From assembly GCA_050012475.1 (NCBI GenBank), contig JBEKHC010000057.1, forward strand, positions 1 to 53,540: 53,540 nucleotides of DNA. The letters are read 5' to 3'. The notes under the pieces were generated by a model, which made no database searches, was not told the origin of the DNA, and saw nothing but the letters and a program-made list of their open reading frames with translations. The stretch comes from Candidatus Velthaea sp. Lineage in GTDB: Bacteria > Vulcanimicrobiota > Vulcanimicrobiia > Vulcanimicrobiales > Vulcanimicrobiaceae. Positions 1 to 10,451 of this stretch are shown piece by piece (within the stretch, counting starts at the first letter, position 1; the number at the start of each line of letters is the position of its first letter). The position numbers were made by a program, and so were the translations under genes.

Positions 1-75
1 CTCCCCACCGCCGCCGCAGCCGGTGAGGAAAACTATCAGGCAAACGATCGGGGCATACAGTAAGGGCGCACGCAT
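1..75 (-). CDS. Lipoprotein, 5' end only (runs off the window start)
   Basis: Minus strand reads GGAGG-aagagttcga-ATG, then MRAPLLYAPIVCLIVFLTGCGGGGE: hydrophobic signal with LTGC lipobox. Not in the ORF track. Confidence 0.75.
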   Translation of the reverse strand, partial: MRAPLLYAPIVCLIVFLTGCGGGGE

Positions 76-211
76 TCGAACTCTTCCTCCAATGCCGCGC
101 GAACGGTCAACGCGTGAAAAGCGGCATCATATGGATGCGTCGGCTAAGCGGCGCCGCGCTCGCCCAAACATTCGTTACCCTGAAGTAAAGATTTGCGCCG
201 GCCCTGCTGCG

Positions 212-976
212 TTATTCGAACTTTACTGCTTCGGCTCGGCTGCGGGCGGTGCGGAATGTGGCCCGCGAGGTTTCGTCGCGCTCGGGCGGCGCGACGGCGG
301 TCGGAACGACCGCTGCGGCCGGCGCGGGTTCGCGCACGATGAGGCCCATCGCTAGCGCCGCACGCGTTTGATTCGCCAGCGCTTCGGCGCCGTCGCCGGA
401 GATCTCGTCCAGCAGACGCAAGCCCAGGTTTACGGCTTGCGCGTCCGCAGCGGCGCGCACGTCGCGCAAGCGCAGTTCCACTAACGTTTGCGCGAACGCC
501 GTCGACTGCTCTTGCGTCGAGCGCAGGGCGACCAGAAACGTCGCGGCGATGAACTGGCTCAGGACGCCGGCCACGCCGGCCACGATCGCCGTTGTCGAGT
601 TGACGCCCGCGTTCACGATCCCGGCGAAGATGATTGCGAAGCCCACCGCCATCGAGGTGAAGCTGGCCCAGAAGATCGCTTGACCCTGGCTGATGTTGGC
701 CGCGTAGTATTGCGTCAGTTGGGCGAACGTCTGCTGCGATGCGCCCTCGTCGTCGGAGTTCGCTCCGGCCGTCCGCGCCGAATGTGCGTCGAGCGCCGCC
801 GTCGCAACGGCTGGCTGGGCGCGGGCGGGCGCAAGTGCGATCGCACTGGTCAGATGATCTTTCGCCCGGCGCGCGCTCGTGAATGCTTGCGCGCCGCCAA
901 TGGCGATGAGCGCCAGGATCACGGCGCTGCCGGCGACGAGAAAGATCGCCGGCGCGGCAAAGCCCGTCCCGCTCAC
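212..976 (-). CDS. Membrane protein with TRADD-N-associated 2TM-like domain
   Basis: GTG at 976 overlaps the upstream TGA (GTGA coupling). N-terminal TM helix, then QYY..NISQGQAIFWASF..MAVGFAIIFAGI...VAGVLSQFIAATF, resembling the cyanobacterial TRADD-N-associated TM family. Confidence 0.6.
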   Translation of the reverse strand: MSGTGFAAPAIFLVAGSAVILALIAIGGAQAFTSARRAKDHLTSAIALAPARAQPAVATAALDAHSARTAGANSDDEGASQQTFAQLTQYYAANISQGQAIFWASFTSMAVGFAIIFAGIVNAGVNSTTAIVAGVAGVLSQFIAATFLVALRSTQEQSTAFAQTLVELRLRDVRAAADAQAVNLGLRLLDEISGDGAEALANQTRAALAMGLIVREPAPAAAVVPTAVAPPERDETSRATFRTARSRAEAVKFE

Positions 977-1317
977 GGCCCAGCCGCCGCGCACGAGTAA
1001 TCCAAGGTCGTACTACAAGCCGTGATGTTGAACGGTTGCGTTTTTACCGCGCGCACCGAGACCGCGAACGTTTGCGGCGGAACGTCGTCGGAACTGACGC
1101 TGAGCGTGTACCGTCCGGGCGCCAAACCGCGTAGTGTGTAGCGCCCCGCGTCGTCGGTCCGCGCGGGAGCGACCTTGGCCGCGCCTTGAACGCGGACGTC
1201 GACGCCCGTGAGCGGCTGGCCCGTCGTCCGGTCGACGACCTTGCCGGTGAGAACGGCCAGCACCAGCAGAACCAGCGTGCGCTTCGCCGGTTCGCGCAAT
1301 CGGCACGGTATCATCAT
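973..1317 (-). CDS. Small exported carboxypeptidase-regulatory-like (transthyretin-like fold) domain protein; start uncertain
   Basis: LTGKVVDRTTGQPLTGVDVRV...ARTDDAGRYTLRGLAPGRYTLSVS is the typical CarboxypepD_reg pattern, preceded by a short hydrophobic stretch. Confidence 0.75.
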   Translation of the reverse strand: MMIPCRLREPAKRTLVLLVLAVLTGKVVDRTTGQPLTGVDVRVQGAAKVAPARTDDAGRYTLRGLAPGRYTLSVSSDDVPPQTFAVSVRAVKTQPFNITACSTTLDYSCAAAGP

Positions 1318-1413
1318 ACTGCCCCACTTCGCCGGGTTCGTGCGTTTCGCCAGCGTGCTTCGCAAGGCGCAAACGTAGCCCGCCGAGCTGACCCGCAGGC
1401 GCGGGCGCAACCC

Positions 1414-2766
1414 CTAGAATCCCAATTTTGCCAGTGTCGAACGGTAGCGTTGCGCGATCGCAGCCTGCCGGCGATGGCGGCCGCCTTCCACGATCGCGAC
1501 GCCGCCGACGTAGACGTCGCGCAGGGCGTGCCGGCCCCCGGCGATGACGTAGCGGTCGAGCAGCGTTGCGATGTCGCCGTAGAGTGCCGGATCGTTCGCA
1601 TCGAGGACAACGAAATCGGCGCGCGCCCCGGCTAACAGCGTGCCGATCGTGCGGCCCAACGCACGGCCGCCGAAACGCGCGGCATCGGAGTAGAGGGCTT
1701 CGGGCGACGGGGCGATCGTGCGCCGGCGGCCGCGCAACCGCTGGCCGTATTCGAGCCAGCGCAGTTCCTCGCCGACGTCGATGCCGACGTGGCTATCCGA
1801 GCCGATCGCGGTCGCGCCGCCCGCGTTCAGCCACGCCGCCAGCGGGAAGATCCCGTCGCCGAGATTTCCCTCGGTCGTCGGGCAGAGGCCGACGACGGCG
1901 CCGCTGGGCGCGAGCGCATCGATCTCCGCGGCGGTCATGTGCGTGGCATGAACCAGACACCAGCGGCGCGAGAGCGGCAGGTGTTCGGTCAGCCACTCGA
2001 CCGGGCGCATTCCCAAGACGTCCAGCGCCGCTTCGACTTCGGCGGTTTGCTCGGCGACGTGAAGGTGAATCGGCGCCTCGGGATCGCGCTCGTTCACCGC
2101 GTCGAGCACGGCGCGCAAATCGTCACCGGCCACGGCGCGCAGCGAGTGCGGCGCGATCCCGAGGCGCCGGTCGGCGGTCCGGCACCACGGTGCCAATTCG
2201 TCGAAGAGTTCGACGAATGCGCCGACGTCGTTGACGAACCGGGCCTGTTCGGCTGCCGGCGGCGCCTGGCCGAAACCGCTCCAGCGATACAACACCGGCA
2301 GAAGCGTGATCCCGATCGACGCTTCGTCTGCCGCGGCGAGCAGCCGCTGACCCATCTCCGAACGCCGGGAATACGGCCGGCCGTCGACGCCGTGATGCAG
2401 ATAGTGAAACTCGCCGACGGCCGTGTAGCCCGCTTGGAGCATCTCGACATAGACGTGCGCGGCGATCGCTTCGAGGTCGTCGGGCGTGATGCGCGCGGCG
2501 AGGTCGTACATCGCGCGCCGCCAAGTCCAAAAATTCTCGCTGCCGGTTTCGCCGCGTTCGGCGCGCCCGGCGAACGCGCGTTGAAACGCGTGCGAATGCA
2601 CGTTCGGCATCCCGGCAATCACCGGACCGTTCAAAGTTCTCGCCTCGCGGTGCGGCGAATCCGGCGTGATGCTCGCGATCGTTCCGTCGGCGTCGATATC
2701 GATGCGGACGTCCGCCGCCCAGCCGCCGGGAAGTAACGCGTAAGGCGCAATGAGCGAATTATTCAT
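1414..2766 (-). CDS. hutF: Formimidoylglutamate deiminase
   Basis: [11 protein letters not shown] start, [65 protein letters not shown]. Lies in the hut cluster. Confidence 0.95.
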   Translation of the reverse strand: MNNSLIAPYALLPGGWAADVRIDIDADGTIASITPDSPHREARTLNGPVIAGMPNVHSHAFQRAFAGRAERGETGSENFWTWRRAMYDLAARITPDDLEAIAAHVYVEMLQAGYTAVGEFHYLHHGVDGRPYSRRSEMGQRLLAAADEASIGITLLPVLYRWSGFGQAPPAAEQARFVNDVGAFVELFDELAPWCRTADRRLGIAPHSLRAVAGDDLRAVLDAVNERDPEAPIHLHVAEQTAEVEAALDVLGMRPVEWLTEHLPLSRRWCLVHATHMTAAEIDALAPSGAVVGLCPTTEGNLGDGIFPLAAWLNAGGATAIGSDSHVGIDVGEELRWLEYGQRLRGRRRTIAPSPEALYSDAARFGGRALGRTIGTLLAGARADFVVLDANDPALYGDIATLLDRYVIAGGRHALRDVYVGGVAIVEGGRHRRQAAIAQRYRSTLAKLGF

Positions 2767-3961
2767 CGACCTGCGCCTCGCGACGATGGCGGAAACACCG
2801 CCGTACGGTCTGGTCGACGACGCGGCCTTGGCAATCGACGGCGAAACGATCGTCTTCGCCGGTCCGCGCGCGCAGGCGCCCACGGCCGATCGAACGCTCG
2901 ACCTGGGCGGCCGGCTCGTGACGCCGGGGCTGATCGATCCGCACACGCACCTGATCTACGGCGGGAATCGCGCGCTGGAGTGGGAGCAGCGATTGCTGGG
3001 CGTCGGGTATGCCGAGATCGCGCGCGCCGGGGGCGGCATCCTGGCGACGGTTCGCGCGACGCGCGCCGCGGGCTATGAGCGGCTCGTAGAATCGGCGCAG
3101 TTGCGCCTGGCGACGCTGTGCGCGCACGGCGTCACCACCATCGAGGTAAAATCCGGCTACGGCCTTGACGTCGAAACGGAGATCCGCATGCTGCGCATCG
3201 CGCGCGATTTGGGCGAACGGCTGCCCGTCGACGTGCATACGACGTTCCTGGGCGCGCACGCGGTTCCGCCCGAATTCACGGCCGACCCTGACGCGTACGT
3301 CGACCTCGTGTGCGACGAGATGCTCCCGCCGATCGCAGCGGAAAAACTTGCCGATGCGGTCGACGCGTTTTGCGAAACGATCGCGTTCACTCCGGCGCAG
3401 ATCGAACGGATCTTCACGCGGGCCGCCGAGTTCGGATTGCCGGTAAAGCTGCACGCCGATCAATTGTCCGACGGCGGCGGAGCTGAACTCGCCGCGCGCT
3501 TCGGCGCGTTGTCCGCCGACCATCTCGAATACACCAGCACCGCCGGCGTCGCGGCGCTGGCGCGCGCCGGAACCGTCGCCGTCGTCTTGCCCGGCGCGTA
3601 CTATTTTTTGCGCGAGCAGCGGCCGCCGCCGATCGCCGCGCTGCGTGCCGCGAAGGTGCCGATCGCCATCGCAACCGATTGCAATCCGGGGACCGCGCCG
3701 CTGGTTTCCCCGCTGCTCGCGCTCAACTTCGCCTGCACGCTGCTGGGTTTTTCGCCCGAGCAGGCGCTGCGCGCGATGACGTGCGAAGCGGCGCGCGCGC
3801 TCGGACTGCGGCACGATCGCGGCACGCTCGAGCCCGGGAAACTCGCCGACTTCGCGGTCTGGAACGTCGAACAACCCGCCGAACTCGCATACGCGCTGGG
3901 CGCCAATCCGTGTCATGCCGTTTATAAGCGCGGCCGGCGTGCCGAACCGACACAGCACTAA
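2750..3961 (+). CDS. hutI: Imidazolonepropionase
   Basis: [57 protein letters not shown] motifs. Alternative ATG at 2786. Confidence 0.96.
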   Translation: MSELFIDLRLATMAETPPYGLVDDAALAIDGETIVFAGPRAQAPTADRTLDLGGRLVTPGLIDPHTHLIYGGNRALEWEQRLLGVGYAEIARAGGGILATVRATRAAGYERLVESAQLRLATLCAHGVTTIEVKSGYGLDVETEIRMLRIARDLGERLPVDVHTTFLGAHAVPPEFTADPDAYVDLVCDEMLPPIAAEKLADAVDAFCETIAFTPAQIERIFTRAAEFGLPVKLHADQLSDGGGAELAARFGALSADHLEYTSTAGVAALARAGTVAVVLPGAYYFLREQRPPPIAALRAAKVPIAIATDCNPGTAPLVSPLLALNFACTLLGFSPEQALRAMTCEAARALGLRHDRGTLEPGKLADFAVWNVEQPAELAYALGANPCHAVYKRGRRAEPTQH

Positions 3962-5613
3962 AGCATCGGCAGGTCGAGCGCGTGCTCGCGCGCGCAGGCT
4001 TTGGCGCTGTCGTAGCCCGCGTCGGCGTGACGCATCACGCCGCTGGCCGGGTCGTTGGTCAAAACCCGCGCGAGCCGCCGCGCGGCGTCGTCGCTGCCGT
4101 CGGCGACGATCACCATTCCGGCGTGCTGCGAATAGCCCATGCCGACGCCGCCGCCGTGGTGGAAACTCACCCAGGTCGCGCCGCTCGCCGTGTTGAGCAG
4201 CGCGTTGAGCAGCGGCCAATCCGAAACGGCGTCGCTGCCGTCGAGCATTCCTTCGGTTTCGCGATTCGGACTTGCGACCGAACCCGAATCCAGATGATCG
4301 CGGCCGATCACGATCGGCGCTCGAAGTTCGCCGCGCGCAACCATCGCGTTGAACGCTAGACCCGCCTTGGCGCGATCGCCCAAACCGATCCAACAAATGC
4401 GCGCTGGAAGTCCTTGAAACGCGATGCGTTCCGCGGCCATGTCGAGCCAGGTGGTCAAGGCGGTATTTTCGGGAAAAAGTTCCTTGAGCTTCGCGTCGGT
4501 TTTGTCGATGTCGCTGGGATCACCCGAGAGCGCGACCCAGCGGAACGGTCCGACGCCGCGGCAGAAGAGCGGCCGGATGTAGGCCGGTACGAATCCCGGA
4601 AAGGCGAACGCGTCGCTCAATCCGGCGTCGCTCGCCATTTGCCGAATGTTGTTGCCGTAATCAAACGTCGGAACGCCTTGCCGCGCAAACGCGACCATCG
4701 CGGCGACCTGCTGGACCATCGACGCTTTGGCCGCGCGCTCGACACTGGCGGGATCGTCGCGCCGCGCGCGCGCGGCTTCGTCGAGCGTCCAGCCTGCCGG
4801 GAGATAGCCGTTGCGCGGATCGTGCGCGCTGGTCTGGTCGGTGACGAGATCGGGCCGGATGCCGCGCCGGACCAGGTCGGGGAAGAGTTCGGCCGCGTTG
4901 CCGAGCACGCCGACGGAGACGGCGCGCTGTTGCGCGCGCGCTTCGCCGATGATTGCCAGCGCTTCGTCGAGCGTGGCGGCGCGCCGGTCGAGATAGCGCG
5001 TCTCCAGCCGGCGTTCGATGCGCGCCGGATCGCACTCGACCGCCAGCAGCGAGGCACCCGCCATGGTCGCGGCCAACGGCTGCGCGCCGCCCATCCCGCC
5101 CAAACCCGCGGTGAGGATCCAGCGCCCGCGCAGATCGCCGCCGTAATGCTGCCGGCCCGCCTCCACGAACGTCTCGTACGTGCCTTGCACGATGCCTTGC
5201 GAGCCGATGTAGATCCACGACCCGGCGGTCATCTGGCCGTACATCGCGAGGCCGCGGCGATCGAGTTCGTTGAAGTGTTCCCAGGTTGCCCAGTGCGGGA
5301 CGAGATTCGCGTTCGCGATGAGCACCCGCGGTGCGTCGGCGTGCGTGGTGAAGACGCCGACGGGTTTTCCCGATTGCACGAGCAGCGTTTGATCGTCGTC
5401 GAGCCGGCGCAGCACGCCGACGATGGTGTCGAAACACGCCCAGTCGCGCGCGGCCTTGCCGATGCCGCCGTACACCACGAGATCGCCAGGCCGTTCGGCA
5501 ACCTCCGGGTCGAGATTGTTCATGAGCATGCGCAGCGGCGCTTCGGTCAGCCAGCTCTTGGCGCTGCGTTCGCTGCCGCGCGGCGCGCGCACGACGCGAG
5601 GCTGGGCAATCAT
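3958..5613 (-). CDS. hutU: Urocanate hydratase
   Basis: [71 protein letters not shown]. Full length (551 aa). Confidence 0.99.
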   Translation of the reverse strand: MIAQPRVVRAPRGSERSAKSWLTEAPLRMLMNNLDPEVAERPGDLVVYGGIGKAARDWACFDTIVGVLRRLDDDQTLLVQSGKPVGVFTTHADAPRVLIANANLVPHWATWEHFNELDRRGLAMYGQMTAGSWIYIGSQGIVQGTYETFVEAGRQHYGGDLRGRWILTAGLGGMGGAQPLAATMAGASLLAVECDPARIERRLETRYLDRRAATLDEALAIIGEARAQQRAVSVGVLGNAAELFPDLVRRGIRPDLVTDQTSAHDPRNGYLPAGWTLDEAARARRDDPASVERAAKASMVQQVAAMVAFARQGVPTFDYGNNIRQMASDAGLSDAFAFPGFVPAYIRPLFCRGVGPFRWVALSGDPSDIDKTDAKLKELFPENTALTTWLDMAAERIAFQGLPARICWIGLGDRAKAGLAFNAMVARGELRAPIVIGRDHLDSGSVASPNRETEGMLDGSDAVSDWPLLNALLNTASGATWVSFHHGGGVGMGYSQHAGMVIVADGSDDAARRLARVLTNDPASGVMRHADAGYDSAKACAREHALDLPML

Positions 5614-7157
5614 GGCGTAAACGCCGGCGCGGCGGACGCGGCGGCGGAAACGAGCGAGCCGTCGCGCAGGAGCGCCCGGGCCGCGGCAATATCCGGCGCC
5701 GGGGAACGATCCGTCACCAACTCCGGGATCCGGGCGCGCGCGTGCGCATGCGCAGCCCCGGTCCCAGCGCCGGCCCGCAACGGCCGGCGGAAGTCCATTG
5801 CGGCCAGCCCACCGAGCAATTCACAGGCCAGCGTGCCTTCGATGTTGTCGAGCACCGTGTCGAGGTTGCGGGCCGCGATCGTTCCCATGCTCACGTGATC
5901 TTCCTGACCCGCGGAGGTCGGAATCGAATCGATGCTGTTGGGGTGGGCCAACCCTTTGCTTTCGCTCACCAGCGCAGCCGACGTATACTGCGCGAGCATC
6001 AAGCCCGATTCGAGTCCCGGCTTGCGCGCCAGGAACAACGGCAGGCCGCGGTCTTGCGCGTTGAGCAGCAGATACAGCCGCCGCTCGGAGATCGACCCCA
6101 GCTCGACCAGCGCGATGGTGAGAAAATCGCTCACGAGCGCGACGTGTTCGCCGTGGAAATTCGCCCCGGTCAGGAACTCGTCGTCGGCCGGGAACACCAG
6201 CGGATTGTCGGTCACCGAGATCGATTCGATTTCGACCACCGATCGGGTGTGCCGCGCCGCTTCGCGCACGGCGCCGTGCACGACAGGGATGCAGCGGAAC
6301 GAATACGGGTCCTGCACCCGGCCGCACTCGCGATGCGAGAGCATGATCTCCGAATCGCGCAGCAGCGCGCGCAGGTTGTCGGCCACGCGCGCCTGGCCGG
6401 GATGCGGGCGCAGCGCATTGATCCGTGAGTCGAAAACGCGATCGGTCGCCAAGAACGCTTCGAGCGACAGCGCGCCGATGACGTCGGCGGCGGCGATCAG
6501 GCGCTCCGCACGGAGCACCGCCAGCGCGGCGATTCCCGTCATCACCTCGGTGCCGTTGACGAGCGAGAGCCCTTCTTTGGCCGTCAGCACGATCGGGGCG
6601 AGGCCGGCGCGCCGCAGCGCTTCGCTGCTCGGAAGACGCTCGCCGGCGAAGGTCGCCTCGCCTTCGCCGATGAGCGTGAGCGTCATGTGCGCGAGCGGAG
6701 CGAGATCGCCGCTCGCGCCGACGGAGCCCTGACTGGGGACGACCGGCGTCACGCCGCGGTTGAGCAGCTCGCAGAGGAGGTCGAGCGTCTCGAGCTTGAT
6801 TCCCGAATGCCCGGCGGCAAGCGAACTGGCGCGCAGGACGCCCGCCGCGCGCACCTGCGCTTCGGGCAAGGGCGCGCCGGTGCCCGCAGCGTGCGAGCGA
6901 ACCAGATTGAGCTGCAGCGCGGCGGTGTCGTGGCGATCGATGACGACGTTCGCCATGCGTCCGAATCCAGTCGTGACGCCGTAAATGATCGCGCCCAGCT
7001 CGTATTGGCGTTCGACCGCCGCGCGCGCTGCGGCGACGCGTTCGCGGGCCGCCGGCGCGATCGTCACCCGCGCATTGCGGACCGCGATGTCTTCGATGGT
7101 CTCGAGCGAGATGTGCCGGCCGTCCAGCTCGTGGCCGGCCCCAATCGAAAGCGCCAT
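5610..7157 (-). CDS. hutH: Histidine ammonia-lyase
   Basis: [27 protein letters not shown] (ASG MIO triad), [20 protein letters not shown]-type overlap with hutU. Confidence 0.96.
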   Translation of the reverse strand: MALSIGAGHELDGRHISLETIEDIAVRNARVTIAPAARERVAAARAAVERQYELGAIIYGVTTGFGRMANVVIDRHDTAALQLNLVRSHAAGTGAPLPEAQVRAAGVLRASSLAAGHSGIKLETLDLLCELLNRGVTPVVPSQGSVGASGDLAPLAHMTLTLIGEGEATFAGERLPSSEALRRAGLAPIVLTAKEGLSLVNGTEVMTGIAALAVLRAERLIAAADVIGALSLEAFLATDRVFDSRINALRPHPGQARVADNLRALLRDSEIMLSHRECGRVQDPYSFRCIPVVHGAVREAARHTRSVVEIESISVTDNPLVFPADDEFLTGANFHGEHVALVSDFLTIALVELGSISERRLYLLLNAQDRGLPLFLARKPGLESGLMLAQYTSAALVSESKGLAHPNSIDSIPTSAGQEDHVSMGTIAARNLDTVLDNIEGTLACELLGGLAAMDFRRPLRAGAGTGAAHAHARARIPELVTDRSPAPDIAAARALLRDGSLVSAAASAAPAFTP

Positions 7158-7235
7158 CGGCACCAAATTCGGGCCGCCGCGCGAGCGGCACTGCAAACGC
7201 AGCCGGTCGGCCGGCGCGGACGGTGACCTCGAAAA

Positions 7236-7859
7236 CTACGCGCGCGCGAGCGCTTCACGAGCCTCGCTTGCTCCCAGCGGCTGGTTGTACACCGGCGTCC
7301 CGGGCTGCTGGCGCCCTCCGTCGTGCAGACTGCCCGAGTCGACGGCGTCGAACCCGATCTCATCGATGAGCTGCATGACGACGGCCTTGGCGGCGGCATC
7401 GTCGCTGGCCACCGGGATCGCCAGGCGTCCTTCGGCGCCCCGCGGCTTTCCCTCACCGGCCAGACGGCGGTAGTACAGCGTGTTGAAGGCCGTGACCAGG
7501 CGGGCGCCGGGGACGTGGGTGCGGATGATCTCGCTCGAGGTGCGGTCGCCGAGGTCTTCGATCTCGAAATCTTCCGTATAGGGGTTCATCGCGTCGATGA
7601 CGATCTTGCCGTCGTAGGGGCCGGCCTCGGGAATGGCCTCCTCTTTCGCCACCCAGGGCAGCGCCAAGAAGACGACGTCGCCGAACGCGACGGCGTCCCC
7701 CGGCGTCGCGGCGCGGGCACGGGGTCCGATCTCGGCGCACAGGTCCGCCAGGCTCTGCGGACCGCGCGAGTTGGCGATTCGCACGTCGTGACCGGCCTTG
7801 GCGAACAGACGAGCAACATTCGCGCCGATATTCCCGGCGCCGAGGATACCAATGTCCAT
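7236..7859 (-). CDS. NADPH-dependent F420 reductase-like NADP oxidoreductase
   Basis: MDIGILGAGNIG Rossmann motif, NSRGP, KIVIDAMNP, LVTAFNTL, GFDAVDSG, QQPGTPVY. Confidence 0.88.
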   Translation of the reverse strand: MDIGILGAGNIGANVARLFAKAGHDVRIANSRGPQSLADLCAEIGPRARAATPGDAVAFGDVVFLALPWVAKEEAIPEAGPYDGKIVIDAMNPYTEDFEIEDLGDRTSSEIIRTHVPGARLVTAFNTLYYRRLAGEGKPRGAEGRLAIPVASDDAAAKAVVMQLIDEIGFDAVDSGSLHDGGRQQPGTPVYNQPLGASEAREALARA

Positions 7860-7982
7860 CGGGGTCACCTTCAGATACGAAAAAAAGAACGACAGAAGAG
7901 AAGTCTGTAAACTTTGCCGCGGCGTCCGGGTTCCTTTCTCCCAGGAACCGCCGTTCGGGTCCGCGCGGATCAGCGGGTTGCG

Positions 7983-8033
7983 GATTCGAGCGCAAGGGGC
8001 AAGACGCGCCGAAGTACTCACCGACCGTAGAAT
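7983..8033 (+). promoter_or_regulatory. Putative ada promoter: Ada-box-like site and -10 element
   Basis: GAT-N6-GCAA (7983-7995; consensus AAT-N6-GCAA) and TAGAAT (8028-8033) 6 nt before the ATG at 8040. Confidence 0.5.
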
Positions 8034-8039
8034 CGTTGC

Positions 8040-9101
8040 ATGATGACGATGATTGAGATCGACCCGACGCCGGACCAACGCTGGGAGGCGGTGTGCGCGC
8101 GCGATGCGCGGGCCGACGGAACGTTCGTGTTCGCCGTCCGGACCACCGGTGTTTTCTGCCGGCCGCAGTGCGGCGCGCGTCGTCCGCGGCGCGAAAACGT
8201 GGACTTCTTCCCGACCGCCGAGGCTGCCGCGGCAGCGGGCTATCGCGCCTGCAAACGGTGCCGGCCCACGGGGCCATCGCGAGATGCCGAGCGTGCCGCC
8301 CTCGTCGATCGGGCTTGCCGGACGATCGACACCGCCCTCGCCGAGCCTTCGCTGGCCGAACTCGCGGCAGCGGCCGGGAAAAGCCCCTTTCACTTCCAGC
8401 GCCTGTTCAAGCGCGTTGCCGGCGTTTCGCCGCGCGAGTATGCCGCGGCCAAGCGCGCCGAAGGATTGCGCCAAGCGCTGCCCGAGCACGCTCGGGTCGC
8501 CGATGCCGTGTACGACGCGGGCTTCGGCTCGAGCAGCCGCGCCTATTCGCTGGCGGCCTCGACCCTGGGGATGACGCCGGCGGCGTACGCGGCCGGCGGC
8601 CGCGGCGAGCGCGTCCGCTTCGCGACCGTCCGCACCAAGCTCGGCTGGATCGGCGTCGCGGTCACGGCGCGCGGCGTCGCCGCCGTCGAATTGGGCGATT
8701 CGCGCGCAACGATTTGTGCCCACATCAAACAAACCTTTGCGGCTGCCGATCTGGCCGAGGACCGCAACGAATTGCAGGCCGTGCTCGCTGCAATTGCGCG
8801 CTATGTCGAACGGCCCCGCGCCGGCCTGGACTTGCCGCTCGACGTGCAGGGAACGGCATTTACGCGCCGCGTGTGGCGTGCATTAACGCAACTTGCACCC
8901 GGCGAGACGGCCACCTACGCCCAAATCGCCGCAGCGATCGGCCGGCCGAAAGCCGCGCGCGCGGTGGCCTCGGCGTGTGCGAAAAATCCGGCGGCGCTCG
9001 TCATTCCGTGTCACCGCGTGGTTCCGGCGAGCGGCGGCAGCGGCGGTTACCGCTGGGGTGCAGCGCGCAAACGCGCTTTGCTCGACGCGGAGTCGGCGTG
9101 A
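8040..9101 (+). CDS. ada: Bifunctional Ada transcriptional activator / O6-methylguanine-DNA methyltransferase
   Basis: Zn domain FCRPQC...GYRACKRC, AraC HTH (SPFHFQRLFK), C-terminal IPCHRVV active site. Confidence 0.96.
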   Translation: MMTMIEIDPTPDQRWEAVCARDARADGTFVFAVRTTGVFCRPQCGARRPRRENVDFFPTAEAAAAAGYRACKRCRPTGPSRDAERAALVDRACRTIDTALAEPSLAELAAAAGKSPFHFQRLFKRVAGVSPREYAAAKRAEGLRQALPEHARVADAVYDAGFGSSSRAYSLAASTLGMTPAAYAAGGRGERVRFATVRTKLGWIGVAVTARGVAAVELGDSRATICAHIKQTFAAADLAEDRNELQAVLAAIARYVERPRAGLDLPLDVQGTAFTRRVWRALTQLAPGETATYAQIAAAIGRPKAARAVASACAKNPAALVIPCHRVVPASGGSGGYRWGAARKRALLDAESA

Positions 9102-9799
9102 ACGCGGCGCCCGCGCTCGCGTTCGGCGACGACGTCGAGCGGGCGCTCTTCGCCGCCGGTCACGCGATCGTCCCGGGTTTGCTCGGTGCGGACGAGTGTG
9201 CCGCACTGCGCGCGTCCTACGAACGCGATGCGATGTTTCGTTCGCGCGTGGTGATGGAACGGCACCGTTTCGGGCGCGGCGAATATCGTTATTTTGCGTA
9301 TCCGCTGCCGCCCCTCGTCGAACGCTTGCGGCGTGAGACGTATGCACTGCTCGCGCCGCTTGCGAACGAATGGATGAAGCGCCTGGGCAGCGCGGAACGC
9401 TTCCCGCTCGACCTCGCGCAATTGCTGGCGCGTTGCGGCGAACACGAACAAACGCGTCCGACGCCGCTGCTGCTCAAGTACGGCGCCGGCGACTTCAACT
9501 GTCTGCATCAAGACCTGTATGGGGAGATTGCGTTTCCGCTGCAAGTCGCGGTGGTTCTCAGCACGCCGCAGGTCGATTACACCGGCGGCGAGTTCGTGCT
9601 GGCCGAACAGCGACCGCGGGCGCAGACGCGCATCGAGGTGCTCACGCCGCAGCGCGGCGACGCGCTGATCTTTCCCAACCGTTATCGGCCGGTCGCCGGA
9701 ACGCGCGGAACGCATCGCGCCGCCGTCCGGCACGGCGTGAGCACCGTGCGCTCGGGCGAACGCTACACGCTCGGTCTCATCTTTCACGACGCGCAGTAG
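9098..9799 (+). CDS. 2OG-Fe(II) oxygenase (DUF2086 / prolyl-4-hydroxylase-like)
   Basis: GTGA overlap with the ada stop. GRGEYRYFAYP, RPTPLLLKY, CLHQDLYG (HxD), EQRPRAQ, RHGVS, RYTLGLIFHDA. Confidence 0.9.
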   Translation: MNAAPALAFGDDVERALFAAGHAIVPGLLGADECAALRASYERDAMFRSRVVMERHRFGRGEYRYFAYPLPPLVERLRRETYALLAPLANEWMKRLGSAERFPLDLAQLLARCGEHEQTRPTPLLLKYGAGDFNCLHQDLYGEIAFPLQVAVVLSTPQVDYTGGEFVLAEQRPRAQTRIEVLTPQRGDALIFPNRYRPVAGTRGTHRAAVRHGVSTVRSGERYTLGLIFHDAQ

Positions 9800-9863
9800 C
9801 GCGCCGTCGCGGCGTCATTCGAGCGTCATATATCGGTCATGGCCGCGGCGATAGCATTGCGCC

Positions 9864-10451
9864 ATGGATGGAATGCAGTGGATGGCGAGCGCGATGCAGG
9901 CCGCACGCGCACAACTCGAAACGGCGACGCACAATTTGGCGAACGTTTCGAGCGACGGTTTTCGGCGCGCGGCAGCGCACCTCGAACTCACCGAACACGG
10001 GTTAGTCGCCGGCGAAACCCGCACGTTCGCGCAGGGGGCGATCCGGCACACGGGGCGTGCGCTCGACCTCGCGTTACTCGGTCCCGGCGAGTTCCGGGTC
10101 GGGGCGGCGGCGACGCGCAACGGCGCCTTCGTCACCGATCGTGACGGCTGGCTCACCGACGATCGCGGGCGGCGCGTCGCCGGAACGCGCGGGCCGATCG
10201 CCATCACCGCCAAGACCACGATCGCCGCCGACGGCGATGTCCGCGCCAACGGCCGCAGCGTCAACCGGATCCCGTTGCCGCCCGGAACGCACGTGCAGAC
10301 CGGCGCGCTCGAAACCAGCAACGTCGATGCCATCGGCGAGACGCTCGCGATCCTCAACGCGCAGCGCGCGTACGAGACGGCGCAGAAAGTGCTCGTCGCC
10401 ATCGACGATACGCGCCAGAAAGCCGTCAATGACGTGGGCCGCTTGAAATGA
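9864..10451 (+). CDS. flgF: Flagellar basal-body rod protein, FlgF-like (short)
   Basis: THNLANVSSDGF, TGRALDLAL, TRNGAF, LETSNVDAI...QRAYE. Directly upstream of flgG. Confidence 0.75.
   Translation: MDGMQWMASAMQAARAQLETATHNLANVSSDGFRRAAAHLELTEHGLVAGETRTFAQGAIRHTGRALDLALLGPGEFRVGAAATRNGAFVTDRDGWLTDDRGRRVAGTRGPIAITAKTTIAADGDVRANGRSVNRIPLPPGTHVQTGALETSNVDAIGETLAILNAQRAYETAQKVLVAIDDTRQKAVNDVGRLK

Noticed and set aside
9828..9854. Sigma-28 promoter upstream of flgF (TATA-N14-GGCGATAG)
   Set aside because: Both boxes and the spacing deviate from TAAA-N15-GCCGATAA; the TAGCAT -10 explanation fits at least as well.
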